Below are positions 18,550 to 29,232 of a DNA stretch of 64,000 bases, one piece after another (within the stretch, counting starts at the first letter, position 1; each line of letters starts with the position of its first letter). The notes beneath the pieces were generated by a model. The model did no database searches and was not told the DNA's origin. It saw nothing but the letters and a program-made list of their open reading frames with translations. Location of the stretch: contig JAJZBD010000002.1 in assembly GCA_021799085.1 (NCBI GenBank), forward strand, positions 37,355-101,354. Direction: 5' to 3'. This stretch comes from Nanobdellota archaeon. Lineage in GTDB: Archaea > Nanobdellota > Nanobdellia > Parvarchaeales > Parvarchaeaceae. A program made the translations under genes and the position numbers.

Positions 18550-20373
18550 ATGGGTAGCGTCGGCCTTGAACGCCTTGTGGGAAGTGGGGAAGAAAGCACT
18601 GTAGACCGTGTCAGGAAAAGCATAATCACCGAGAATGCATTTGACAGTATCTACGGAATAAAGGACGTGAAGGAAAACTTTATGAACGCCCTGGAACAGG
18701 CTTCTTTCATTTCAAGGCAAGGATACACGCCAATATTATTGTTGATAGGCCCGAGCGGTAGCGGTAAAACTGAAATAATAAACAGCGTTGTAAGGGCATA
18801 CAAAAAGTATTCAATGTCCAATGAGATGTTCACATTGAATATAAACGGTGCAAAATGTCCTTACAATGAGAATCCCTATAACCTTTACAGGTCCATTCTG
18901 CCAATAGATCTGGAAGAGAGTGGTTTAAGCAATGTAAATAACCATAAAAGACCGGAGGTATGCTACAAGTGCGAGCATAACTTGGAAAGCGTAATAGAAA
19001 ACGGAAAAATAAGCGCTGAAAAAATAAAATTGGATAGGGTATATCCACAGTCTTCAATAGTTGAATTTGGCGATAGTTTTCTTCTTCCATCTTTTTTAGG
19101 GGTAATAATGAATTCAAACAGGTCTATATTGACGATAAGCGCGGATAAAAGCAGGCTGGAAAATATAAATCCAAAGGTATTTCAGCTTCTTAATAATATC
19201 TACGACAATAATTTCTCTGATCCGATGGGAAATAGGATACCGCTCGACAGTTTGATAATAATGCACAGCAACGAGACTTTTATGGAGCTGGATGAAGAAC
19301 AAAAAAGAGAGTCAAGGCCGCTACTTGAAAGAATAATACGTGTTAATGTAAGGCGCAATCTTTCATACTCCCAGGAAATAAAGCTTGCTGAGGAATCCAA
19401 GATACCCGTCAAGAATAAGGTACCGCATTTTCTGGAGTATCTTGCTAAATTGAATGTTTTGTCGAGAATTGACAGCGATATAATTAGTAACGCAGATGAC
19501 GATAAGCTGGACAATATACTAGAACTGCTTGATTATTATGATTCCTCAAATTTAAAGGAGTTTGAGAAGAAGATGACACAGTCAATGTCAAATTTTCTGA
19601 GCAAACTTCTACCAGATTACAACTCTTACATTTCCAGGAAGGACTTTGAAGAAAGCAAGTATCTAAAGGATGCAGCACATGGCATAATATACGATTCTAA
19701 TGACTATAAAAGCGGATGGACTTCTGGTATCTCTTCTAGATCAATAAGCAGCATACTTGATTTTAATTACACTTCAAATAAGCCAAGAGACTCTCTTTTG
19801 TTTTCGGATATAGCAAGTTATCTGGATAAAAACGAGGAAAAAATGGACAGCGATGTATACCATAAAATAAAAAGCTATATTGATTCAGTCATAACAAACG
19901 ACGTGCGTTTTGAAATAAACTATGCATTGCTTTCTTTCTATTTTGGGGAACACTTCAATGATTATGCAAGCACTATATCAGAGTATATAGACTCGATGAT
20001 TTCAGTAAAACAGTCACAGGAATTCAAGGATACAAACGGCTACCTCGCGGAAGCAGGAAGGTATCTTGATGTAGACGGGCTGAAAAACCAGATAAGTGCG
20101 TTTAAACTTAAAAAAGTACCTTTGGGGATAGTAAACTATACTACAAAATTCGAGGATCTCCTGCATTTTCTGACTTCAACAGGGAAAGACTTCATAAAAA
20201 CAGAAAATAAATTCAAGAACTTTATCGGAGAAGACGGGAAGGACATCGACAGAAACTCTGAATTGTATCCTTACATAAAGAATTTCCTGATTGCAAAGCG
20301 CGGCTATTTCGATGAAGCAGTTGAAGAAGCATTAAAGATATACAAGGAGGGGACGTTGTTTTATGACCAGTGA
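18550..20373 (+). CDS. Second PrkA-like AAA+ protein (paralogous partner)
   Basis: Walker A LLLIGPSGSGKTE; operon position between prkA and yeaH. Confidence 0.5.
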   Translation: MGSVGLERLVGSGEESTVDRVRKSIITENAFDSIYGIKDVKENFMNALEQASFISRQGYTPILLLIGPSGSGKTEIINSVVRAYKKYSMSNEMFTLNINGAKCPYNENPYNLYRSILPIDLEESGLSNVNNHKRPEVCYKCEHNLESVIENGKISAEKIKLDRVYPQSSIVEFGDSFLLPSFLGVIMNSNRSILTISADKSRLENINPKVFQLLNNIYDNNFSDPMGNRIPLDSLIIMHSNETFMELDEEQKRESRPLLERIIRVNVRRNLSYSQEIKLAEESKIPVKNKVPHFLEYLAKLNVLSRIDSDIISNADDDKLDNILELLDYYDSSNLKEFEKKMTQSMSNFLSKLLPDYNSYISRKDFEESKYLKDAAHGIIYDSNDYKSGWTSGISSRSISSILDFNYTSNKPRDSLLFSDIASYLDKNEEKMDSDVYHKIKSYIDSVITNDVRFEINYALLSFYFGEHFNDYASTISEYIDSMISVKQSQEFKDTNGYLAEAGRYLDVDGLKNQISAFKLKKVPLGIVNYTTKFEDLLHFLTSTGKDFIKTENKFKNFIGEDGKDIDRNSELYPYIKNFLIAKRGYFDEAVEEALKIYKEGTLFYDQ

Positions 20374-21442
20374 ATTGGGAGATGCAGAAGATAAATACAG
20401 AAGGAAAATTGATGAAGAGGATGACCTTATTCTTACTTCTACAGATATAATGGATATAAACGACGGTAAAACCGTTATAAAGAGCATACCTGTTAAGATA
20501 AACCCCATGATATCATACAATGGAATGGGCGGCAATGGCGAAGGAGAAGGAGATGACGATGGCGGGGATGATGACGGTGAAGGCAATGAAGGAAAGGGTG
20601 GCAATGGCGACAATGCAAAGGTAAAAGTGGGCGTAGACAAGAGAAGACTTAAGCAAATGATGGAAAATTGGGGACTTTCATTTTCCAAACCGGGAAAGAA
20701 GGATAAAAAGCTTTATAGGTTGCTTACTGCCGAGAACGGCGTGGATGAAAATCAGGAAAAAACTATAGAGGCTATGCTTGATAGGCAAATGGCGACAGGT
20801 TACTTCGAAAAGAACGGCTTCAAAGTAGATGTAAGGGATGAAGACATGCGCTATAACTTTATTGAAGAAAAGCTGGTTCCAAATCTATCAGCCACATTTA
20901 TCATAATGAGGGATGTAAGTGGATCCATGGATGCCTACGGAGAATTTTCTGCTACAATTGCGGGCTTGATAGAGTTTTGGCTTAGACAAAAGTATGAAAA
21001 CACCGTAAAAATAAGGTATTTGGCGCATACTGACGAAGCATTTGAATTTGATCCACGTAAAAAGGAGGATTTTTACAAGCTTGTGGCCAACGGTGGAACT
21101 TCATTCGAGCCTGCTTACAAATTGGTTATGGATATGATGGACGGCAGTGCTTATACTTCAATGTCCCCCTATAAAGAAAGAATAGACTATGAATCAGAGG
21201 ATGTTTTTCTTCTTCATATAACTGATGGAGAAAACGCGGATGACAACGGCAAACTCTATAATACTCTTAAAAAGCTGTTTCCAAGGCTGACAAAAGCATT
21301 TTACCTGCAAGTGGGAAGTAATTCGGATGGCTTTTATAAGATGATAAAGGCTGTTGATAAAGAAAAGGTGAATGAAGTAAAATCAGGCAATGACGTTTCT
21401 TATGGAAACGTGAAAAAAGTACTTGATGCCCTTTTAAACTGA
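20363..21442 (+). CDS. yeaH: YeaH/DUF444-like protein with vWA-like domain and Gly/Asp-rich insert
   Basis: FIIMRDVSGSMD (vWA MIDAS-like DxSxS), a low-complexity GNGEGEGDDDGGDDDGEGNEGKGGNGDN insert, and operon context. Confidence 0.7.
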   Translation: MTSELGDAEDKYRRKIDEEDDLILTSTDIMDINDGKTVIKSIPVKINPMISYNGMGGNGEGEGDDDGGDDDGEGNEGKGGNGDNAKVKVGVDKRRLKQMMENWGLSFSKPGKKDKKLYRLLTAENGVDENQEKTIEAMLDRQMATGYFEKNGFKVDVRDEDMRYNFIEEKLVPNLSATFIIMRDVSGSMDAYGEFSATIAGLIEFWLRQKYENTVKIRYLAHTDEAFEFDPRKKEDFYKLVANGGTSFEPAYKLVMDMMDGSAYTSMSPYKERIDYESEDVFLLHITDGENADDNGKLYNTLKKLFPRLTKAFYLQVGSNSDGFYKMIKAVDKEKVNEVKSGNDVSYGNVKKVLDALLN

Positions 21443-21443
21443 T

Positions 21444-23024
21444 ATGGCAAAGAAATCCCTTGAAAAATTGCTAGTAGATGGAAAAGAAATAAAGGTAATA
21501 GCCACACATGGCTCTATAATAGACGAAAAATACACAACGGAAGCAAGAAAGATAGCGTCATTCATGATAAACAGGCTGGGCCTTTCATTTGGTAATGTAG
21601 AATTTAAGATACTGGATAATGAGGAGTTCGCAGAGAAAGTGGCCCTATATGGAACCCCTCTACCTAGCTGGGAGGCTGGCCAGGAGAAGATAATACAAGA
21701 GAATAACATGAAGTACAGACAGGGAGTTTTATACGAAATGGTTGGGCACAAGTTCTATGACCCTATCGGAAAAGAGGAATATACTGCGGTTTACATAAAC
21801 CAAAATGACACTTATGATGAGGTATTAAGTGTAATGGCCCACGTGTATGGGCATCTGCACATAGAGTACAACAACAGACTTGCAAAGAGCATAAATTCCA
21901 ATGCTAATAAGCATGCTTATTATAGGGACAGATACAGAGAAATGGAAAGCAGGCTTGACATAAAGACCGTTGAAAAAATGTATGATTACTCGCAGACACT
22001 AAGCGGTCTTATTGATATGTTTCCAGATTTTCATAAGAGCAAGAAAAATGATTATTACAGCAAGGAAGAAACATATCCGGAGGAAGATATCTACGATGTT
22101 TACAAATTTACGCTTGAAAATGTAAGATTTAATCCTTGGGAAAAGGAAATGCTTGAAATTGTCTATGATATAAATCAGCTTATGAAAGGCGCAAGGATAA
22201 AAATAATGCATGAGGGCTTTGCAACTTTTGTTGAGGACAAATATGCAGAGGAGGTGGCCAAATATGATATAGGTACCGCATTTAAGATGAGGAAAGGGAT
22301 ACTTCAAGTAGCTGATGTTTTATCACCAGCACAGCTACCTTATTACCTTGGCTTTAGGCTGTTTAAGGACATAGAAAAGAGGTGGGACGAAGGAAGGCAC
22401 GGCCTGCTTTATGATCTGCTTTCTGAAGAGGAGAAAAGGTCCTATATGAAAAAGGAAAATAAAGGTTTGTCAGAGATATTGGAAATAGTAAAATCCTACA
22501 CAGATTGGGAATTTATATTTTCATATGCAGATCTCAATTTCTTCAAATCTTTAGTTAAGGAAATAGAAGAAAAGACAAATATGATGATAGATAACCTTTA
22601 CGGTGGAAAATATCCCGAGTACATAATAGACATGATAAAGGCGGCAAACAGCGCAAAACTTGACCCGAACATACTGCGTTTTCAGCTTCTTTTGGAAACG
22701 GAAAACTACGGTCCGATGGTGTATGTCCCAAAAGGAAGTTTTAAGGGAGATAAACTTACTTTAAGGCAGGACCTTAGCTTTCTTAAAAGGTACATTGGAA
22801 AATTGCCAGATGAAGAAATAGAAAGCTTTGAAGAACAGGCCTCGCAGATGTTTAGTCTTGATAATAAATATACTGCGGCTTCTTTACGCAGGCTTTCAAA
22901 AATGTGGAAAATACCTGTAGAGCTCCACACTATGGATGTAGAAGGCAATCCTTTGGTAATAGAAAGCGATGGTTCTAAGATATCCAAGTCTAGCGAGGGA
23001 GACGGGCCTAAATTCGAGGAATAA
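21444..23024 (+). CDS. spoVR: SpoVR/YcgB-family protein
   Basis: 526-aa protein in the canonical position after the prkA and yeaH homologs. The call rests on context; no motif check was possible. Confidence 0.65.
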   Translation: MAKKSLEKLLVDGKEIKVIATHGSIIDEKYTTEARKIASFMINRLGLSFGNVEFKILDNEEFAEKVALYGTPLPSWEAGQEKIIQENNMKYRQGVLYEMVGHKFYDPIGKEEYTAVYINQNDTYDEVLSVMAHVYGHLHIEYNNRLAKSINSNANKHAYYRDRYREMESRLDIKTVEKMYDYSQTLSGLIDMFPDFHKSKKNDYYSKEETYPEEDIYDVYKFTLENVRFNPWEKEMLEIVYDINQLMKGARIKIMHEGFATFVEDKYAEEVAKYDIGTAFKMRKGILQVADVLSPAQLPYYLGFRLFKDIEKRWDEGRHGLLYDLLSEEEKRSYMKKENKGLSEILEIVKSYTDWEFIFSYADLNFFKSLVKEIEEKTNMMIDNLYGGKYPEYIIDMIKAANSAKLDPNILRFQLLLETENYGPMVYVPKGSFKGDKLTLRQDLSFLKRYIGKLPDEEIESFEEQASQMFSLDNKYTAASLRRLSKMWKIPVELHTMDVEGNPLVIESDGSKISKSSEGDGPKFEE

Positions 23025-23197
23025 GTTATAAGCCTTTCTAAAGAGCATGCAAAAGATTATAGGCAGAATCCAAGCATTGTGAAATATATTAATAAGTAAA
23101 GTATCCATTAGTAGTATGCTATATTTTCAATGCTTATGCTTTACATATACGCATTTGAATTGAATGCAGAAAATAAGGAATTTATAAAGTACTTAAA

Positions 23198-23944
23198 ATG
23201 GACAACAAAGAATTCATAGAAAAAGCAAGGAAAAAAATAAAGGATGGGCTGTCAGTTGACGATCTTATAAGAAAGCTTATAGCGTTCTCCGATTCACTTG
23301 AAAAAGGCGAAAACACCATATTTGAGCAGTTAAATGACCTTTACTTTCTTTATTATCCAGAAGCTGCAGATAAGCTTAAGGAAAGGGACAGGTTTATAAA
23401 TATTCTGAGGGAATCCTGCGATAGAAAGAGCATATCCCAAAAGATGAATATTCCTGCGGAAAGTATGGGTTTTGATTTGGACGACGAAGAAATTCAGCTT
23501 TTGTCGCTTTCAATAAATGAGTTAAGCAACATCTCAGATCTCAGGAAGGTAGTTAACGACCGGCTAAATTCTGTAATCATGAAAAATTATCCAAATCTAA
23601 ATGCGGTTTTAGGGTCAGAGATAGCTGCAAGGATTATATATTTAGCAGGCAGTTCATATTCGCTTATGCTTATGCCTTCCTCTAAGATACAAGTGTTGGG
23701 GGCTGAAAAAGCAATGTTTGCAGCAAGAAAAAAGAAAGCTACCCCAAAATATGGCGTTATATATAATCACGAACTTATGCTTTCACTACCTGACAAATTA
23801 AAGGGGAGGATGGCAAAAGTAATTGCAGCTTATACTTCTCTTGCCGTAAAAACCGATGTGATTTCAAAAGAAGACAAGAGTGGCAAGATTATGGAAAAGA
23901 TGCTTAAGGACATAAATAAAGTAAGGAAAGGAAATGGAACTTAA
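23198..23944 (+). CDS. nop5: Nop5/Nop56-family C/D box sRNP protein (short form)
   Basis: Nop-domain signature LGSEIAARIIYLAGSSYSLMLMPSSKIQVLGAEKAMF. Overlaps the fibrillarin gene downstream. Confidence 0.75.
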   Translation: MDNKEFIEKARKKIKDGLSVDDLIRKLIAFSDSLEKGENTIFEQLNDLYFLYYPEAADKLKERDRFINILRESCDRKSISQKMNIPAESMGFDLDDEEIQLLSLSINELSNISDLRKVVNDRLNSVIMKNYPNLNAVLGSEIAARIIYLAGSSYSLMLMPSSKIQVLGAEKAMFAARKKKATPKYGVIYNHELMLSLPDKLKGRMAKVIAAYTSLAVKTDVISKEDKSGKIMEKMLKDINKVRKGNGT

Positions 23945-24605
23945 ACGGGTTATAGACAGAGTTTATTGGCTTTTGGATAGGAGACGCACGCTTGTAACTT
24001 TAAGTGCTTACGGTGGGGATTCGGTTTATGGTGAAAAAATCTTCAATTTTAACGGTAAAGTGTACAGGGAATGGGTTCCGTACAGAAGCAAGTTTGCGGC
24101 TGCATTTTATAAGGGTTTAAACGGAATTGATATAAAGGATAGTTATAAAGTGCTTTATCTGGGTGCTTCATCTGGAACTACAGTTTCCCACGTTTCTGAT
24201 ATAATTGGTGTTAATGGGCAGGTATATGCAGTGGAAATAGCAGAAGAAATGGCAGTGAATCTTATATTGCTTGCAGAAGAGAGAAAAAACATATTTCCGA
24301 TTGTTGATGATGCAAGGAAACCCGAAAATTATTCAGGCAGCGTACCAAAATGTGATTTGCTTTATCAGGATGTTGCACAGAGAGATCAGACGGATATTTT
24401 TATCAAAAATGCGGATCTTTTCTTAAAAAGCGGAAAAATAGGGGTTTTTGCGGTAAAAACAAGGAGTATAGATGTTTCCGTGGATCCAAGAGAAGTTGTA
24501 AAGAATGAAGTAAAGAAATTAAGGGCAAAGTTCGATGTTATACGAGAGATAAACCTTTATCCCTACCAAAAGGATCATTCTCTGCTGATATTGCGCAAAA
24601 AATGA
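23934..24605 (+). CDS. flpA: Fibrillarin-like rRNA/tRNA 2'-O-methyltransferase
   Basis: VLYLGASSGTTVSHVSDI SAM-binding motif. 223 aa, in a nop5-flpA operon. Confidence 0.9.
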   Translation: MELKRVIDRVYWLLDRRRTLVTLSAYGGDSVYGEKIFNFNGKVYREWVPYRSKFAAAFYKGLNGIDIKDSYKVLYLGASSGTTVSHVSDIIGVNGQVYAVEIAEEMAVNLILLAEERKNIFPIVDDARKPENYSGSVPKCDLLYQDVAQRDQTDIFIKNADLFLKSGKIGVFAVKTRSIDVSVDPREVVKNEVKKLRAKFDVIREINLYPYQKDHSLLILRKK

Positions 24606-24676
24606 GTGTGCTTTCGATTGTATACTGTTAAAACACCTGGTGAAAGATATAAATGGATAAAGGTTAAAATAATAAT

Positions 24677-25453
24677 ATGGATAGTAAAGACAGCCTTATA
24701 GACAAAATAGAAGAAGTAAAGAAGAAAATAGCAGAGTTTGAAAATAATCTTAACATAAGTTCTATAGACATAGACCGGGTAACAGTCGATAAAAACAGTG
24801 AATTGATAAACCAGATAGAAAATTATAAGAAGAGGATAAACAGCATAGAAAACGATGTTGTAAAGAGCCAAACGGCATATCCTGTAGAGCAGGAGCCTCT
24901 TCTAACCAGTAAGAAAGCAGAAACCATTAATCCTATCCAACCTGAAACAAAGAAGAAGGATTCATATGATGATATAAAGAAAACTATAAGCAAGGTTGAA
25001 ATGGAAAAACAGGAAGTTGAAAGCATAAATGACCTACTTGAGAAGCTTAAGAAAAATGCAATGGAACAGAAAAAAGTCGATGCGGTGCCCGAAACTAAAA
25101 ATGTTCAAAATAAAACCGAAGAAAAACCTAAAATTGCAGATTCAGTTAGCACTAAAAAAATGTCTGATTACACAAGCGATTCTTCTATTAAAAGCAGCGC
25201 TGCAAGCGAATTGAAGAATTACAGCAAACCTAATAAAGTAGATTCAAACACTGTAAATATAACGGAGAATGATCTTCATTCAATTTCAGAGTTGATATCC
25301 AAGCTGGATGAGCTGTTGAAATCAAATAAAGACTTGGCAGACAAGCTTAATGAGCTGCTTAAGGAGCAGAGAGCCGATGACAGTAAAATAAGCAGAAATG
25401 ATGAACTTATAAAGAAATTGGCAATACTTGGATCAAATGGTAATCTAAGCTAA
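24677..25453 (+). CDS. Coiled-coil hypothetical protein
   Basis: Heptad-like K/E-rich composition; no catalytic motif. Confidence 0.4.
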   Translation: MDSKDSLIDKIEEVKKKIAEFENNLNISSIDIDRVTVDKNSELINQIENYKKRINSIENDVVKSQTAYPVEQEPLLTSKKAETINPIQPETKKKDSYDDIKKTISKVEMEKQEVESINDLLEKLKKNAMEQKKVDAVPETKNVQNKTEEKPKIADSVSTKKMSDYTSDSSIKSSAASELKNYSKPNKVDSNTVNITENDLHSISELISKLDELLKSNKDLADKLNELLKEQRADDSKISRNDELIKKLAILGSNGNLS

Positions 25454-25495
25454 ATTTAAATATTTCATTCTCTTTATTCATCTAGGGCGGTAAGA

Positions 25496-26746
25496 ATGAG
25501 TAAACTTGTTTTCATAATAGTTGATGGGATGGCCGACCTGCCTATTAAAGAACTAAAAAATAAGACTCCTTTAGATTACGCCATAAAGACTAATCTTTAC
25601 AAGTTTTTAAGGCATTCCGAATTCGCTTATCCTACAGTGCTGGGCAAGTTTGCACCCCAAAGTGATTCCGGCGTTATGGCCGATCTGGGATATGACCCTC
25701 TTAAATATTCCACAGGAAGAGGCTGGTTCGAGTGTCTTGGACTTAACATGCAGCCAAAGGATGGAGAATTGAGCATAAGGGTTAATTTCGGCTCTGCAGT
25801 AAACGGCAAGCTAAATGCTGTCAGAACTTACATGTCAAAGCAGGAACTACAAGAACTATCAGAGGAGATAAACAGAAAGGTGAAGGTAAGTGCAGATTTT
25901 GAATTCAAGGCAGGGGAGGATTACAGAGCAGGGCTTGTTTTCCGTTCCGGTAAAAAAGCTTTCTCTTCTTTTGTCTCAAACAATGAGCCGGGTTACACCG
26001 CCAAATTCTTTGGAAATGGGGTAAAGCTAAGCTTTGCAACGGGAATAAATGACAAAAGGATACGAAAGATAAAGGCCATAAGAAAAGAAGCAGAGTACAC
26101 TGCTTCGCTGCTTAATGACTTTATATCAAAGGCATCTACTGTAATAAAAAACTCAAAGGTTTACAAGGAAAGGAAGAAAAAAGGCTTAGATCTGCCGAAT
26201 TACCTTTTTTTAAGGGATGCTGCAAGCAGGGACCCAAAGCTCTATGACATAAACGAAAAATACGGAAAGAGATGGGCTGCCGTTGTAGGGATGCCACTTG
26301 AAAAAGGAATAGCTACCGCGGCAGGCATGACTCTTGTTGAAACAGCTGAAGAAAAGGATATAAAGAAGGATTTTTATGATAAAGCCGAGAAAACCGTAAA
26401 GGCACTCTCAAAGTTCGATGCAGTTTATCTTCACATCAAGCAGACAGATGCAGTTTCACACCTTGGTAAATTTAGGGATAAATACGCTATAATAGAGAAC
26501 ATTGACAAAATAATAATATCAAGACTTGCAGGCGCTTTGGACCTTGAAAAAGACACGTTGGTTTTGACATGCGATCACGCAACTTCAAGCATGCTTAAAA
26601 GGCACATAAGCTCAAACATACCGGTTCTTATATCTAACAAGAAGTTTGGATTCAGCAGCAATTTCAGTGAGGCCAACTGTTTAAAGAACCATATAAAGGA
26701 AATAAAAAAAGCTGTGGATATCATGCCGTTTGTCATGTCAATTTAA
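25496..26746 (+). CDS. apgM: 2,3-bisphosphoglycerate-independent phosphoglycerate mutase, archaeal type
   Basis: IIVDGMADLP N-terminus, about 410 aa, archaeal ApgM family. Confidence 0.8.
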   Translation: MSKLVFIIVDGMADLPIKELKNKTPLDYAIKTNLYKFLRHSEFAYPTVLGKFAPQSDSGVMADLGYDPLKYSTGRGWFECLGLNMQPKDGELSIRVNFGSAVNGKLNAVRTYMSKQELQELSEEINRKVKVSADFEFKAGEDYRAGLVFRSGKKAFSSFVSNNEPGYTAKFFGNGVKLSFATGINDKRIRKIKAIRKEAEYTASLLNDFISKASTVIKNSKVYKERKKKGLDLPNYLFLRDAASRDPKLYDINEKYGKRWAAVVGMPLEKGIATAAGMTLVETAEEKDIKKDFYDKAEKTVKALSKFDAVYLHIKQTDAVSHLGKFRDKYAIIENIDKIIISRLAGALDLEKDTLVLTCDHATSSMLKRHISSNIPVLISNKKFGFSSNFSEANCLKNHIKEIKKAVDIMPFVMSI

Positions 26747-26798
26747 CATTTATTTCAATCTAAATTATTCTTAAATACGCGGAATTTTTAGATAGATT

Positions 26799-28505
26799 AT
26801 GGGGTCAAACAGGGATTTGGCTGAAAAATTGAATGACATTGCTGATATTCTTGATATCGAAGGTGTTAACTGGGAGCCTAGAGCTTATAGGACAGCAGCT
26901 TTAACTATTTCTGGTTTATCCGAAGACATAAGCAAGGTGTACAAAGAAGGGAGGCTTCTGGAATTGGAGGGTGTTGGTAAATCCATAGCAAATTCAATAA
27001 AGGAATACGTAGAAACAGGGAAAATAAGCAAGTACGAAGAATTAAAAAAGAAATATCCGATAGACTTTGACAGCTTTAGGAAGATAAGGGGGATGGGCCC
27101 AAAAAGAGCTTACACTCTTTATAAGAAGCTCGGTATAAAAACAGTAGCCGACCTTAAAAAAGCATTAGATGAGGAAAAGATACAAAAGCTAGAGGGATTC
27201 GGCAAGAAAAGCGAGGAAGAGCTTAAAAAGAACCTTGAGTCATTTATGAATGTTAAAAACGATAGGCTTCTTCTTGGATATGTAATAGAATATGCAAATT
27301 CATTGTTAGAAAAATTAAGGAAAAGCGGCCTTTTTGAACGAGTGGAAATAGCCGGTTCAATGCGCAGGATGAGGGAAACAATAGGAGATATAGATATACT
27401 TGCAATCTCTGAAAAACCAGAATTGGGGATGGATTTCTTTTCAAAGATGGATGAAGTGAACGGCATTGTAGTTAAGGGCCCTACAAAAACCACTGTGGAA
27501 TTAGGCATAGGTACTACCTGCGACATAAGAGTTCTCCCGAAGGAATCATTCGGCGCCGCAATGCAGTATTTTACAGGCAATAAGGATCACAATGTCAAAT
27601 TAAGGAAGATAGCCATATCAAAAGGTTGGAAACTTAATGAATACGGCCTGTTTAAAGGAAAAGACCCAATAGCTGGTAAAAGTGAAGAAGAGATATACAA
27701 TAAGCTGGGAATGGATTTTATACCGCCAGAATTAAGGGAAAACACTGGGGAAATAGAAGCAGCCCAACAGCATAGGCTTCCCAAAATTGTGAACTACACG
27801 GAAGTTATCGGGGATTTGCATGCTCATACCAAGGACAGCGATGGAATGAATTCACTGGAGGAGATGGCTTCAGCTGCTGAAAAAAGAGGGTTAAAGTACA
27901 TCGCTTTTACAAACCACAGCAAGAGCCTGCCGGTTGCTCATGGCTTAGATGAGAAACGTTTTGCTGAACTAAACAAAAAAATAGATTCATTCAATGAAAA
28001 AAGCAACATAAAGGTATTGAAAGGAGTAGAACTTGAAATATTAAAAGACGGTTCATTGGATTTAAAAAACGATTCTTTAAATGAACTTGATTTTGTCATA
28101 GGGGCAATGCACCAGAATCTTAACATGAGCAGCAAAGAACTGACAAATAGGCTGATAAAGGCAATAAACAGCGGGATGATAAATACTGTTGCGCATCCGA
28201 CTGATAGAGTAATTGGACAAAGAGAAGGATTAAAGCTTGACTTTGACAAAGTAATGGAAGCCTGTGAAAAAAATGATGTTTTACTAGAGATAGACGGTTA
28301 CCCAGAAAGGTCAGATTTACCGTTTGATTTGGTAAAAAAAGCAAAAGATTACTCAATAAAGTTCTCTTTAGGAAGCGATTCCCATAGAACGGAGCACTTG
28401 CGGTTTTTAGACCTTGCTACAGCCATAGCCAGGAGGGGTTGGCTTGAGAAAAAGGATGTTATAAATACATTAGAATATAAAGAGGTATTAAAGCTTAGGA
28501 GATAA
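26799..28505 (+). CDS. polX: Family X DNA polymerase with C-terminal PHP domain
   Basis: N-terminal Pol-beta-like HhH region (GVGKSIANSIKEY, GMGPKRAYTLY), a catalytic DIDIL aspartates region and PHP motifs (GDLHAHTKDSDG ... HPTDR). Confidence 0.85.
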   Translation: MGSNRDLAEKLNDIADILDIEGVNWEPRAYRTAALTISGLSEDISKVYKEGRLLELEGVGKSIANSIKEYVETGKISKYEELKKKYPIDFDSFRKIRGMGPKRAYTLYKKLGIKTVADLKKALDEEKIQKLEGFGKKSEEELKKNLESFMNVKNDRLLLGYVIEYANSLLEKLRKSGLFERVEIAGSMRRMRETIGDIDILAISEKPELGMDFFSKMDEVNGIVVKGPTKTTVELGIGTTCDIRVLPKESFGAAMQYFTGNKDHNVKLRKIAISKGWKLNEYGLFKGKDPIAGKSEEEIYNKLGMDFIPPELRENTGEIEAAQQHRLPKIVNYTEVIGDLHAHTKDSDGMNSLEEMASAAEKRGLKYIAFTNHSKSLPVAHGLDEKRFAELNKKIDSFNEKSNIKVLKGVELEILKDGSLDLKNDSLNELDFVIGAMHQNLNMSSKELTNRLIKAINSGMINTVAHPTDRVIGQREGLKLDFDKVMEACEKNDVLLEIDGYPERSDLPFDLVKKAKDYSIKFSLGSDSHRTEHLRFLDLATAIARRGWLEKKDVINTLEYKEVLKLRR

Positions 28506-28536
28506 TTAATAAATCCTAAGAAATGCTTTATTAAAT

Positions 28537-29232
28537 ATGGTTGAAAGGATCAAAAGCGGTGTAAGTGGATTCGATGCAATAGTGAATGGCGGATTCGTGA
28601 AAAACAGCATAGTAGCAATATATGGTTCGCCCGGTGCCGGGAAAAGTATATTCTGCACGGAATTTCTTAGAGAAGGGCTGAAAAACAATGAAAAGGTTTT
28701 TTATATAAGCATGGAGCAGGACATAGATTCCTTTCTAGAACAATGTGATTCGTTTGGATTCAAGGAATTCAAGGAAAACCTAAATGCGAATTTTGTCTTT
28801 TCAAGGATGAGCGGGCACGATTTCAAGAATTTTCTTTCAATAGAGCTGCCGAAGATACTTGAAACAAGGAAGGAAAAGCATGCTAGGATAGTAATAGACC
28901 CCCTTACTCCATTTCTTTGGGAAGTAAAAGATCCAACTTTACAGAGAAATATTCTTACCGACACGTTTAAAATGCTAAGGGAGTTTGGTACAGCTTTGGT
29001 TACAATAGAGAGATACGGTGACATAAATAGGATGGAATTATCAGAGGACATAGCAATACCTATATACCTTTCAGACATGGTAATCCTTCTTTCAATGATA
29101 TACAACCAGAATTTCTATCAGAAGGCAATTTCCATAGTTAAGATGAGATTTTCTTCGCATAGCACAGGAATGCATCCTTTTGACATAGGAAACAATGGTA
29201 TAAACATCTTTCAGGACCAGCCCGTATTTTAA
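28537..29232 (+). CDS. KaiC/RadA-like single-domain ATPase
   Basis: Walker A GSPGAGKSIF, about 230 aa, RecA-superfamily KaiC-like. Confidence 0.7.
   Translation: MVERIKSGVSGFDAIVNGGFVKNSIVAIYGSPGAGKSIFCTEFLREGLKNNEKVFYISMEQDIDSFLEQCDSFGFKEFKENLNANFVFSRMSGHDFKNFLSIELPKILETRKEKHARIVIDPLTPFLWEVKDPTLQRNILTDTFKMLREFGTALVTIERYGDINRMELSEDIAIPIYLSDMVILLSMIYNQNFYQKAISIVKMRFSSHSTGMHPFDIGNNGINIFQDQPVF

Noticed and set aside
20500-20640. GGCAATGGCGA/GATGACGG short repeats in yeaH, considered as a possible tandem-repeat or regulatory element.
   Set aside because: They simply encode the in-frame Gly/Asp/Glu-rich low-complexity insert (GNGEGEGDDDGGDDDGEGNEGKGGNGDN) of the YeaH homolog.
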